From Takakia lepidozioides (Eukaryota > Plantae > Bryophyta): DNA of 64,000 bases. Position numbers and translations under genes: made by a program. The notes beneath the pieces are model-generated. The model ran no database searches, was not told the DNA's origin, and saw only the letters and a list, made by a program, of their open reading frames with translations. Of the stretch, positions 25,601 to 38,318 are shown one piece after another; the stretch's first letter is position 1, and every line of letters begins with the position of its first letter. Location of the stretch: positions 29,760,001 through 29,824,000 of the forward strand of contig CM060734.1 of assembly GCA_030704615.1 (NCBI GenBank), read 5' to 3'.

Positions 25601-26517
25601 GGAAAGATGCTTCCTGTTGTGGCACTGTGACTGGACTTCAGATTGTCTACTTGGCTACTGCTGATCCCCACTGGGGCTTCTACTTTGGAGCCTTATCTGG
25701 GTTGATGTTCCCAGGCTTCTCAGTCGGAATCTGTTCGAGGTGCTGTGAGGGCTGAAGGCTGGTGTCTCGTGATTTCTGCCTCTACTCCCCTTTTTTGCAG
25801 TTCTATTTTATGGAAGATGGTTCTCTGACCTGGGGAGTCAACACTGAACAGAAATGAAATGACACACTGAACAGAGAAAGAAAAATGAGGAAAAGGGAAC
25901 TTCATACTATACTGTCCATAGGACCAAAGACTTCCAGGAGAAAATGGTCTACTAAAGAAATAAACCATGAGAGAATCTGAGTGCTGTCGTCCTGTTTGCA
26001 GGTGGTGAGTGCACAAGATGAACAAATTCGAAAACTGCAGGTTGATATCATGACAGTAAAGACAGATTACCTCATTCATTTCCCTAGCCTTTCTGGCCAC
26101 ATGGTCATACAGCGGAGGGCCCTTGAGTAGTCTTTTGCAGACTCGATGCCATGCGTGCTAATGCTTTTGCTACACATGGCCAAGCTGCCCGGAGTTTCAG
26201 GAAGTGTGAGATGTTACATTGACATGACAAACCCTTCATTTTGATATTGCATTAAGAATTTATGAAAACAGTTTTCAATGTCATTCAAAACTAGAGTAGA
26301 ACGGATTCTTCTCTTTGCACACCACCGAATGGTGGATGTCCAAACCTATGCAAATCTTGATACTTCAAAAAAGATTCTTGTTTGCAACTCATGCTGTAAA
26401 ATGTACATATACTGTACATATACTTCATATCCATCCTCGTGCGTATACAAGTACTTGACTCATCTCCCACAAATAAAAGACATGAACAGCAGATGAAAAT
26501 AAAAATGTAAGCAATTT

Positions 26518-29500
26518 CTATGATATGACTGCATACATGTGATGCAGTAGCCGACAAATAACTTTTAGTGACAGAAACCAGCAGAGTGCTGACACTGCTC
26601 CCAGCAGAAACACAAACAGAAAACCGCTGCTGGATCCCCTTGCCACCTGTCTTGGTGGCTGAGTGTGATTATTGTCCTTGCTGTACAACTCGCTAGATGG
26701 CGTTGTTTCACTGTACAGGCCCCCTGCATCAGAGAGGCCGTCTGTCATCGCCGCCTGCTTGGTGCCATCTCCAGAGCGAGTGCAGGTAATGGTGAAGGTG
26801 GTCAGGTGTGGATCATTGGCCGTCACCTGAATAGAGCTAAAGCTTGAACTTCCTCCCTGCGAATACTCAGCCGCTGAAGCTGGTAGCACAGGCATAGAGC
26901 CCAGCAGCTTCAACAGCCCTGCCAGAGGTGCTGACAACTGTTTGACGCCATCCCCAGTGCTCTTCACATTTCCAAGTGATGCTCGTGTGGAAGGGCGTGA
27001 TCGCTCCAAATACAGTTCAGGAGAAATACAAGTCGAGGTCAAATCTTCTGACTGAGGATTGAGACCATCATTATCGGAGTTAATGTCCCCTTCATGTATT
27101 GGTGGCATTGCTGCAGTACCATCCTCTGAGTTCAGATACGAGAGCAACTCCGCATTATAGGAATACAGCTCAACAGACTTTGCACCATCTACAACTTCAT
27201 CGTTGGCATATTCTTGTGCCCCAGAATGCTCGGCACTGCTTAAAATTACTGGCATGTCCGCAAAAGATGGCAGCATATCTGCATAAGACACAATTTACGT
27301 CACTTTTGTGACAAAGACTACTTCTTTCTTGCACAGCAGAAAGCCATATTGTGCCCACCATCAGATCGCAAAAATGACCTCCCTCAATTTAGTAACCAAA
27401 AATCTTAATGCACATAAGAATAAGCCATAACAAAAATTGCATCTTGTCCGCCCCAACACCCACCTGTATGAGGTAAAATAGCTGGGCCTTCAAGGCCCAA
27501 ATCTACTAATGGTCCACTTGTGCCCCCTCCGTCCGAAGTTGAATTATGTGCGTCCATGGAAGGCAATGAGCCTGAAATAATGTAATCTTCCCATTCTTCA
27601 TAGTCGGGCCGTCTGCTAATGGAGGCAACCTGTGAGTCCACAACAGCTTCAGACACAAATAATGAGGCATGACAACCCTTACAGCCTTGCTAAAGATGTT
27701 CAAACAACATCAGTCAACATCAAACGTCACGCAAATACTCGAAAGTGTTTGCTCCAAGCCGGCAGACATGAAAAGTAATCCAAACATATACCTCCCCAGA
27801 ATGAAAGAGGCAGCAGGAGGACAGCATCCACTCTTGCAGACTTGGTAGCAGGGATCTGGCCTTGCTACACAGGTTGTGGTGTGCACCCAGATAGTCACAC
27901 TCCCCACATATTGCATTTTTCCAGCCTACTTGCTTTTTTGCAGCCAATCTACAACACATCTGTATGTGCTGTGCCACCACTGACTCCTGGCCAATCCAAA
28001 CTCTGGTTCCCACTGACAAAGAAAAAAGTACATTGTCTCACCTCTCTTTCAGACTGAGGAAGACAACTGCAGGACCCATTTTGACCAAACATCCTCTCCT
28101 TGCTAAGTCCGACATCAAGCCTTGGAGCCTGCACATCAGTGGCTGGATGTCCAGCAAACTCTAGCATGTTGTTTTGATGAAACTGGAGTCTACTGGATGG
28201 TTCTCCGTTCTGCGTAAAAGGATGTCTTTGCATGCGAATCCTGCGAAGGGCGGTCCCCTGCTCATCACCTTGGACAAATTCACCTTGTTGTCGCATGCGC
28301 AAATTGATGATCAAGTCTTCGGGGCTATCTATTATCCGTTCATCCATGACCTGTAGCAAGTCATTCAACTCCAAATAATCACCCTGCAGCATCTCCTCAA
28401 CTGTCAGATCGGCTGCTCCTGCATACTGGCCAAAATCACCATCGATCAAATCATCACGCCCGTTGTCATCATCCAGTTGGGCCTCATCTTGACCCACCAG
28501 GGCAACCTGCAGCATCTCTTCCAAAATTGCTGCCTCTTCTGCAGAGACATTGTCTTCTGTCACACCCATAAATTTTGCCGGGGTGACCACAAGCCCCAGA
28601 TCTTCAAAAGCAAAAGAGTCCTTGCATTCCACAAATTCTGTAGATCTCATATCCCTTCCTGTGCTCTCAGCCAGCAGATCTTCCATCTCTCTCTGCAAAG
28701 CACCCCACCAATGGGTCAGCAAACGATTTTATATCGACAATGACAAATGCAAGATTCAGAGGGCAAAGGGAGATGGACCATGTAGTTTAAACTCAACCAC
28801 AAAACCTGCAACCCATAACAAGAAGAGGAAAACCCAACCCCATGTCAAAGAACAAACACAAAATATCAATATAGAATCAGAGACTACACCTCAAAACTAA
28901 CCACTGAGGAGTGGTGTAAGTTAGTTGAGGGGGCCATGTTGGAACTCTGATGACTGCTACCAAACACAACTCCCTCCACAGCCCTGGTAGGCTCAGTCTT
29001 CACTTCTGCATCCTCTGCTACAGAGGACCTCATATAGTCCACAAGACAATCATCCTGAGTTTCCCTGGGAGGAGGTGACTTATAGTCCTCCTCTGAAAAT
29101 ACAGCACCATACTGCTCCCCATTCTTTGGACCTGGCCCACTCTTCTTGAAGACACGACACAACACAAATGCATCCTGCTCACCACAACACAGAATCAGAA
29201 TGCAACAACAACGTGACAAACTTCCACAAACACTCCTTGTGAGACATCCACATAGCACAATCCAACAATTTGCAATAGATGGCCTACAAAATTGCAAACA
29301 CCTGTAGGCCAATAAACAGAGAAGTAACGGACAGAGGTAAAATCAAGGTGAGGACAGTACCTGAGAAGCAACTACCTTTTCACAGTCCTCCTCGTCCATG
29401 CGATACTCATGCATAACCCAATCTGTTCGATCCCCATGAGGTGCCCGCCCTCTGTAGAAAACAAGAGTTTTCTTCATTCCAATAACACGGGATCCAGTCC

Positions 29501-29795
29501 GAACCACCCTGTCCTTTCCTGTAGCTTTCCAATAGCCAGCATCTGTTGCTCGGTTGGTCCGGGATCCATTTGGATACTTCTTGTCACGAGGACTGAAAAA
29601 GTACCACTCCAGATCCTTGCTATTCAAACAAGACTTGTCAGGTAAATCCCATGGCTCGCACTTGTACAAATCAACCTCTGCAATCACGTCAAACTCAATG
29701 GTGCGTCCAGTCACTTTCCGCTTCAGATAATATGCAACAATTTCCTCGTCGGTCGGGTGGAATCTGAATCCGGGAGGCAAAGCTAACCGAGCCAT
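26518..29795 (-). CDS. Membrane-tethered NAC-domain transcription factor (NTL/NAC017-053-078-like)
   Basis: [95 protein letters not shown], and C-terminal [20 protein letters not shown]. Exons ~29795-29361, 29174-28902, 28692-28042, ~27700-27465, ~27280-26518; internal boundaries are approximate. Confidence 0.9.
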
Positions 29796-30951
29796 ACAAA
29801 TTCGTCTATGGAAACTGATCCCTTTGCACTCTCAAACAATATTATGTAGCAGACAGCCTTGACGCGGCGTACTTCGGTTGAATACTAGGACTAGTCGCAG
29901 ATATCCAACTTCTGTTAGGATAAAGTCTCTGATCCAGGACACACAGAACGCGAACGCCAATAACTTATCTTATGGCGGACCAAAACTCCTTCACAATCCT
30001 GAACAAGTCCATGAAGTGATTTGGTTGGTCTGCTGGTCAATGTATCTAGTCATCATCACCCTCGTCACTCTCAGTCAAGCCATCCAATCACACATCATGT
30101 CCAGGTCGACGGTGCTGCTTAGCTAGAGAACTTTCACACTTTCTAGGGCTTAAGTACAATATGCACGGGGTGAACTTTCAGAAATCACAAGGCGCACACC
30201 CTCTACTGACTTAAGGACCACAATTTCTCTCTCAATATTCCTCCCTCCACCACCACCTGATCTTGACAGTCCCAAATTGCTACAAATTGCACCAAAAACA
30301 TAGACCTGAAGTCCTCAAGAGCACCTCAATGGAATCGAGGCAAAGAAACTGACCAATCAAAGCCAAGGCAATAACGCCGCACTCCAACTTTCCACCCTGC
30401 CGCAAGAGCAATCCACACAGCACCTTCAGGCCCCCTCTTCCACCTTCACAAGGGAGGGAATGAAATTTCCTATCTGAGATCCTCGCCAGACCAGCGGCTT
30501 CCTCCTCAGAAAGGGAACAAATCCTACTGTAAGCACCGAACCCGACACTCCACGGAAAAACACTCCCGGATTCCAAGTCTCTCAACGTCCGTGACCAAGT
30601 TTTAGATCGATGTAGAGCCAAAAGCTTTCCGACTCTCATGGAAGAGAACAGATCACGGTCGAAGACCAGTCGAGCGATGGCCGCTCAAGAGCACAGTCCC
30701 GCACAAGAGCAGCGACAAAGCCTCGCCTCTCTCTCTGGCCACCCCAGGCCCCATCCGCTCGGTCCGGGTCTCTGTTCCCTTGACCAGCGCCGAAAGGAGT
30801 TTTCACGTTCCCTCGACTGTGAGCGTTCCCTAAGAGTCTGCAGTTGGACCAGATAATTTGTGTGTCCCTTCCTCGCTGCTTCCTAAAAGTTGTCATACCC
30901 TCCAAACATTTTCCGGGCAGCATCGAAGCATCCTACTTCCCTTTTCTTTAA

Positions 30952-33900
30952 CCCTTAAACGACCACTAGGCCCGCTACGGGCCGTTTCAAACTTTGACAA
31001 TTATTAACTTTTTGGGATTTTGGGGGTTTTCGGTGAAATCTGCGTCATTGATTCGGGGCCGAAGTGGAGCGACAGGATCTTTTTGTCGATTAGGGAAATT
31101 CCATGTTAGGGCATAGTTATGCTCTTTCGCGAGGAGTGGGGTCTGAAGCTGCCAGCTCCCGCCGTTCCTGCTCTCTCTCCCGCGTGAATTCTTGCTTCGC
31201 GCGTTTCGTCTCTCTTGCTTGCATGCTTGTTGCAGATGTCCGTTGTGTCGTATGCAGGTGCCCGTTGAGCGCGCAGTGAATGCGAGTGGCTGGTAAGTGC
31301 ACATTGGCTTTGCTTTCATGTGTTCAAGGCATCAACTTGCCTCCTTCATAGTGTCTCATGACCGGCTGTATGTGCGGGTGTAGGCTGAAAGAGAGAGCTA
31401 GGGAGGGAGCTCATTACTGTGAGGGCTCTATCGGTGGCTGTCAGTGCTTGGCTCCACACGTTGCTGCTGTAATGGGGTCTGGAGAAACGCCGCCCCCACC
31501 ACCTACACATCTACATGCTCAGGCTGCTGTTATCGCTAAATGGGCTCGCTCCTTGGGTGCATCTTCTGAGCAAGTGGAAGTTCTACTGGGAGCTCTGAAT
31601 GAGGAGTATTTGTTGGGCTCGAAAAGGCCATCGCGCATTGTCTGGCCATCTTTCCCATAGCCAGCCAATTTTCGTTACTTGTGGAGGAGACAAGCAACGG
31701 AGATTTTGGGGTGGAGAGAGAGGAAAGAGGAGGGTCACCCTGGTGGCTTCACATCCGAGGTGAATGATGTGCTAAGAGGCTCAATGTGGCCAGATTTTGG
31801 AAATGCAAGTGATAGCCAGTATGAGACTCAAGGCTCTGGCAAGGTCTCTGGGTAAGGACAACTCTCAATTTTCCCATCCTTTTGGTTTTAGGAGTGACAA
31901 TGCAACTCGAGAGTATTCACTGCGAAGTTCTCAAGTTTTTAGCCAGGATGTCGCTGGTCATGGCCAAGGTCTTGAAGACCTGGGTCCTTTGGGGTGCACT
32001 GTAAAGGTGAAATTGGTAGAACTACAGTTGAAAGATGTTGCATCTTCCTCCACCGCCAGTGAGTGGGTTTATGGGACAGTAATTGAATTGTTTTGGGACA
32101 TTGTGCGAGCAGCTGAGGTGTTTCTTGTATCCTTTTTCTCTGGTATTGGTGTCCACTCTGTTTCCTCCCATCTTTGTGTTTTGTTAGATGTTGAGGGAGA
32201 AATTCCAAGAACAGTAGAAGATATGTTGGGCCAGGAATCTGTGGAGCAAATGGTCGATTCAGACATACCTGAATCTGAGTCTGATAATTCAGACTCGGAT
32301 GAGGATTATGACCCTGTTGAGGAGGTAAGACAGAACCCTGAAGCCGGATTGGATCCTGACATGTGGGAATATTGTGTGCACACCGGTAATCCCACTCGTG
32401 AGGTCGATATGTATGACCTGCCGAAACATTGGCGCAATTGGGGTCCTGCTGAATTGTTTGCTGATGATATGTGGAATTCGGATAAAACTGAATTGCCCCA
32501 GGTACAATGGACTGGGGCAGAGTCTGGTCCTAGAATTCCTTTCACTAATGAGGTTGAACCCGTGGAATTTTTCAACCTGTTCTGGCCTATGCCTCTAATG
32601 CAGAAGGTGGTAATCCAGACAACCTTGTATGCCCAGAGCTTGTCCACAAGGGGAAACTTGAAAGGAGGCAAGTGGTGGTATCCTTTGACAGTGAGAGAGT
32701 TGAGAGCTTGGTTGGCTGTGCATATTCTGATGGGGATCAAGAAATTTCCTAATACTAGATGTTATTGGAAGTCCGATAGTGAGTTCTTCAATTGTCCTTC
32801 CATAGTTCGAATCATGAGCCGGAATAGATGGGAGTCCATCTTGAGGTGTCTTCATCTCGTGGACAATCGGGTTGTGGTTGACAGTGCATCCCCTGGATTT
32901 GACAAATTGGCTAAGATCCGTTGGTTGATAGACGCCCAGAATGAGTTGTATGCGAGGTATTGGGCGCCAGATCAGAATCTGTGTGTGGATGAGATGATGG
33001 TGAAGTACAAAGGGAAGTATTCTAAACTACAACAGTACATGGCCAAGAAACCAGTGAAGTGGGGGATTAAATATTGGGCCCTAACCGATGCTAGATCGAG
33101 GTATGTGCAAAAGATGGAGGTGTATCTTGGAAAGGATGATGCGGTTGATTTGTCTCATGGCATGGGGTATTCTGTTGTGAATGGATTGCTGTCTGGCTTC
33201 GAGGGCAAGGGTCACATAGTGACAATGGACAATTTCTGTACAAGTCCCCTGCTCTTCTATGATTTGGCTGCCAAAGGCATTTATGCCACTGGCACAGTGA
33301 AGTCAACCTGTGTGGGATTTCCTACAAGTCTGGATTTGGGGAAGAGTGGAGAGAGGGGCAGGCTTGACTGGCGCATGCACATTTCTAACCAGATTGTGGC
33401 CATCTCTTGGTATGACAACAAGTGCGTTACCCTGCTGTCCACTGCTGTGAACCCGAGTGCTCAGAATTGTTTCATATATCGGTGGCACAATGGTGCTTGT
33501 CGTCTTGTCCCTACATCCCCCATTGTGAAGCATTACCAGCAACACATGAGGGGGGTTGATGTGCAAGATCAGTTACGGGGGTACTATAGTGTACAAACTC
33601 GTGACCACAAATGGTGGCACAGGTTGTACTTCCACTCTGTGGACACATCCTTGGTGAATGGATACCTGTTGTATCTTGCATTCATGAAGGAGAAGGGTCT
33701 CCGACCAAGGTCGCATCTTATGTTCAATTGTGCGGTTGCTGAAGGACTAACTTCAGGATGGGTTGGTCCCAGGAAAACAGGTCTTCGGGGGGCTTGTGTC
33801 CCGAATCGCAATTCAGAACATTACTCCCTGAAGAGCTCTAGAAGGAGGAAATGTGTGGAATGTGGGGCACGTCAAAGGTATTTTTGTGCCGGTTGTGGAG

Positions 33901-34559
33901 ATGTAGCAATATGCTTGGGCTAGTGCTTTGTCAAGCGTCACCATGGGGTTTGAATTGGGTGACTCTAATTGTTGTGCCTCTATGTATGATGGGGCAGAGA
34001 GCTGGCGACAATTGATAAGGAAGGGATATCCTCTTTACGACTTTCTATTTATGTGGTTGCTCTTTGTTTGTGTCTGAACACACTGACATGTCTTGGGGTT
34101 AGTGCATACATGTTGGGGCTGGCTTTGAAAAGGTTTTACTGATTTGTATGTTGTCTAGAGAGTCGCTTGGGTAGAGTGTCACTTGGATAGAGTGTCACTT
34201 GGGTAGAGAGTCTTGTGAGGTCCAATGTCATTCAGTAATTTGGTAGGGTACATTCTAATGAGTAGGTGTGTGGTCCCTGGATTTTCTGCAGCTCCATTTT
34301 TGGGAACTTATGGTTGTGGTCGTGCTGCTGAATTTTGGCACGACATAGTGATGGTCTTTCTGGTCTGATAGACAAGATAGATCATTTTTGGCATTAGCTA
34401 GCAAGTGGTGTATGGTGCAGGATTTCGAATAGCAGGTCTGTGTGCAGGTTTGCTAGTGCGGCAATGCAAGTAGGTAGAGGTCAGTTTCTGATTTGCTGCA
34501 AGAGTAGTCTATCTAAAACTGACCAGTTTTTGGCTCCGAGTCTAGGTGGTCCTATTGTA
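30952..34559 (+). mobile_element. piggyBac DNA transposon; left end intact, right end not found, interrupted by a CACTA insertion
   Basis: TTAA (30948-30951) followed by CCCTTAAACGACC, a typical piggyBac terminus, then the transposase ORF. Confidence 0.8.
31797..33953 (+). CDS. piggyBac transposase (DDE_Tnp_1_7/PGBD4-like); premature TAG inside the Cys-rich C-terminal domain
   Basis: MSRNRWESILRCLHL, CVDEMM, KPVKWGIK, TMDNFCTS, MRGVDVQDQ (DDD triad), KWW. CVEC..CAGC..CLG*CFVKRH continues to a stop at ~33953. True start uncertain. Confidence 0.88.
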
Positions 34560-35091
34560 CACTACAACAGAACGCGGTACTGTATATATGGCTGTCCCGA
34601 AGTCATAAACGGTACATATGACTTCGTTGACTGCAAGTCGTGCAAACCAAGTGAATACAATGAGTACAGGATGGTTGGTCACGTATAACTGCAGTCAGAT
34701 GAATCAAGCGATACATCTGACTGTCATTTGGCAGTCATATGTACTTCTACCATACATGACTTAGTGTGCTGTTGCAAACTGTACACGCGTCTCTTTTTAA
34801 TAATTCCAAGAGGATTTTGTGTATGTGCGTTATTTGGCGTCTCCAAAAAATGACACGGGACATATTATGATGAGGCTTTGCAGTCATTATCCCGTCTACC
34901 AACATGCTGACATTTGGACATGTGGCATCATATGATTAGAGTGTTTTGAATTTTAAATGTATTTAAAGTCATTCCCATGACTATGCCTGAAGGAGCTCAT
35001 TGCCAGGTGATTTTTCAAGGATATGACACGTTTCAAATGTATGATGCGATGTTGTGTAGTCATGGTGCTTACTGCAAAGTGGTTTGTTGGG

Positions 35092-38000
35092 TTGGACGCT
35101 TGGCATCAAATCAGTTGTTTGAGAATTTGGTTTTTAATATTATTTGGAAAATCATAACACGCCATCATTCACAAGAAAGAACAAAGTGGAAAGGACATAA
35201 CAGAGGCACTGAAGACAACAACAGCACATGTAAAAAGAGATTATCTTAAACAACTGCCAGTCAGATTTACAAAATAGCACTGCTGTCCCAAAATCTGGCT
35301 CCTCAAAACAGTCTAAGGGCACAAGTTCATCACCCTGTATTTATGATCGAATACTTTTGTAAGTAGCACCATGTGCACTGATAACAGAACCAGCCCTACT
35401 TTGTGTGCCCCTTTAGCTATCCCTATCACAACACCCATAATCCATATACATCCTCCCATTTGCTGGACAATTAGGGACTACTCTGAAAAGAGGACAGAAC
35501 AGGCTGAAATGTATTGAAGATGGGGGTACCCGATTTTATCAAGTGTGCAATTGCTGTTGTTGCTTCCTGCTACATCCACGAGGCTCCTGCACTCAGCATG
35601 CAGCATTCCACCACATGAAGGATTGGACGCGTGGCATCAAATCAGTTGTTTGAGAATTTGGTTTTTAATATTATTTGGAAAATCATAACACGCCATCATT
35701 CACAAGAAAGAACAAAGTGACAAAGTGGAAAGGACATAATAGAGGCACTGAAGACAACAACAGCACATGTAAAAAGAGATTATCTTAAACAACTGCCAGT
35801 CAGATTTACAAAATAGCACTGCTGTCCCAAAATCTGGCTCCTCAAAACAGTCTAAGGGCACAAGTTCATCACCCTGTATTTATGATCGAATACTTTTATA
35901 AGTAGCACCATGTGCACTGATAACAGAACCAGCCCTACTTTGTGTGCCCCTTTAGCTATCCCTATCACAACACCCATAATCCATATACATCCTCCCATTT
36001 GCTGGACAATTAGGGACTACTCTGAAAAGAGGACAGAACAGACTGAAATGTATTGAAGATGGGGGTACCCGATTTTATCAAGTGTGCAATTGCTGTTGTT
36101 GCTTCCTGCTACATCCACGAGGTTCCTGCACTCAGCATGCAGCATTCCACCACATGAAGGATTGGACGCGTGGCATCAAATCAGTTGTTTGAGGATTTGG
36201 TTTTTAATATTATTTGGAAAATCATAACACACCATCATTCACAAGAAAGAACAAAGTGACAAAGTGGAAAGGACATAATAGAGGCACTGAAGACAACAAC
36301 AGCACATGTAAAAAGAGATTATCTTAAACAACTGCCAGTCAGATTTACAAAATAGCACTGCTGTCCCAAAATCTGGCTCCTCAAAACAGTCTAAGGGCAC
36401 AAGTTCATCACCCTGTATTTATGATCGAATACTTTTGTAAGTAGCACCATGTGCACTGATAACAGAACCAGCCCTACTTTGTGTACCCCTTTAGCTATCC
36501 CTATCACAACACCCATAATCCATATACATCCTCCCATTTGCTGGACAATTAGGGACTACTCTGAAAAGAGGACAGAACAGGCTGAAATGTATTGAAGATG
36601 GGGGTACCCGATTTTATCAAGTGTGCAATTGCTGTTGTTGCTTCCTGCTACATCCACGAGGCTCCTGCACTCAGCATGCAGCATTCCACCACATGAAGGA
36701 TTGGACGCGTGGCATCAAATCAGTTGTTTGAGAATTTGGTTTTTAATATTATTTGGAAAATCATAACACACCATCATTCACAAGAAAGAACAAAGTGACA
36801 AAGTGGAAAGGACATAATAGAGGCACTGAAGACAACAACAGCACATGTAAAAAGAGATTATCTTAAACAACTGCCAGTCAGATTTACAAAATAGCACTGC
36901 TGTCCCAAAATCTGGCTCCTCAAAACAGTCTAAGGGCACAAGTTCATCACCCTGTATTTATGATCGAATACTTTTGTAAGTAGCACCATGTGCACTGATA
37001 ACAGAACCAGCCCTACTTTGTGTGCCCCTTTAGCTATCCCTATCACAACACCCATAATCCATATACATCCTCCCATTTGCTGGACAATTAGGGACTACTC
37101 TGAAAAGAGGACAGAACAGGCTGAAATGTATTGAAGATGGGGGTACCCGATTTTATCAAGTGTGCAATTGCTGTTGTTGCTTCCTGCTACATCCACGAGG
37201 CTCCTGCACTCAGCATGCAGCATTCCACCACATGAAGGATTGGACGCGTGGCATCAAATCAGTTGTTTGAGAATTTGGTTTTTAATATTATTTGGAAAAT
37301 CATAACACGCCATCATTCACAAGAAAGAACAAAGTGACAAAGTGGAAAGGACATAATAGAGGCACTGAAGACAACAACAGCACATGTAAAAAGAGATTAT
37401 CTTAAACAACTGCCAGTCAGATTTACAAAATAGCACTGCTGTCCCAAAATCTGGCTCCTCAAAACAGTCTAAGGGCACAAGTTCATCACCCTGTATTTAT
37501 GATCGAATACTTTTGTAAGTAGCACCATGTGCACTGATAACAGAACCAGCCCTACTTTGTGTGCCCCTTTAGCTATCCCTATCACAACACCCATAATCCA
37601 TATACATCCTCCCATTTGCTGGACAATTAGGGACTACTCTGAAAAGAGGACAGAACAGACTGAAATGTATTGAAGATGGGGGTACCCGATTTTATCAAGT
37701 GTGCAATTGCTGTTGTTGCTTCCTGCTACATCCACGAGGTTCCTGCACTCAGCATGCAGCATTCCACCACATGAAGGATTGGACGCGTGGCATCAAATCA
37801 GTTGTTTGAGGATTTGGTTTTTAATATTATTTGGAAAATCATAACACACCATCATTCACAAGAAAGAACAAAGTGACAAAGTGGAAAGGACATAATAGAG
37901 GCACTGAAGACAACAACAGCACATGTAAAAAGAGATTATCTTAAACAACTGCCAGTCAGATTTACAAAATAGCACTGCTGTCCCAAAATCTGGCTCCTCA

Positions 38001-38318
38001 AAACAGTCTAAGGGCACAAGTTCATCACCCTGTATTTATGATCGAATACTTTTGTAAGTAGCACCATGTGCACTGAAAACAGAACCAGCCCTACTTTGTG
38101 TGCCCCTTTAGCTATCCCTATCACAACACCCATAATCCATATACATCCTCCCATTTGCTGGACAATTAGGGACTACTCTGAAAAGAGGACAGAACAGGCT
38201 GAAATGTATTGAAGATGAGGGTACCCGATTTTATCAAGTGTGCAATTGCTGTTGTTGCTTCCTGCTACATCCCCGAGGCTCCTGCACTCAGCATGCAGCA
38301 TTCCACCACATGAAGGAT
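35092..38318. repeat. Tandem array of six ~539-bp units
   Basis: Unit starts ttggacgc at 35092, 35623, 36162, 36701, 37240 and 37779; near-identical copies. Confidence 0.97.

Larger units (their letters stand above)
12558..26130 (+). pseudogene. CFAP44: Cilia/flagella-associated protein 44 (WDR52); fragmented, with exons on both strands
   Basis: WD40 exons VTAMACTPDGELLASCSLDGCIFFF..RPLG/YAMVPGPITCMD*SP (12558-12958) and KELQWDSEKRNVALRKLYGFFLDPLE (to 14748). Coiled-coil exons at 20248-20422, 20531-20706, 21168-21256, 22023-22210, 22331-22446, 22807-22958, 23194-23441 (LLKFGQ), 24624-24710 and 26002-26130. Lesions: TAG 12889, frameshift ~22375, interrupted exon 23897-24329. Confidence 0.85.
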
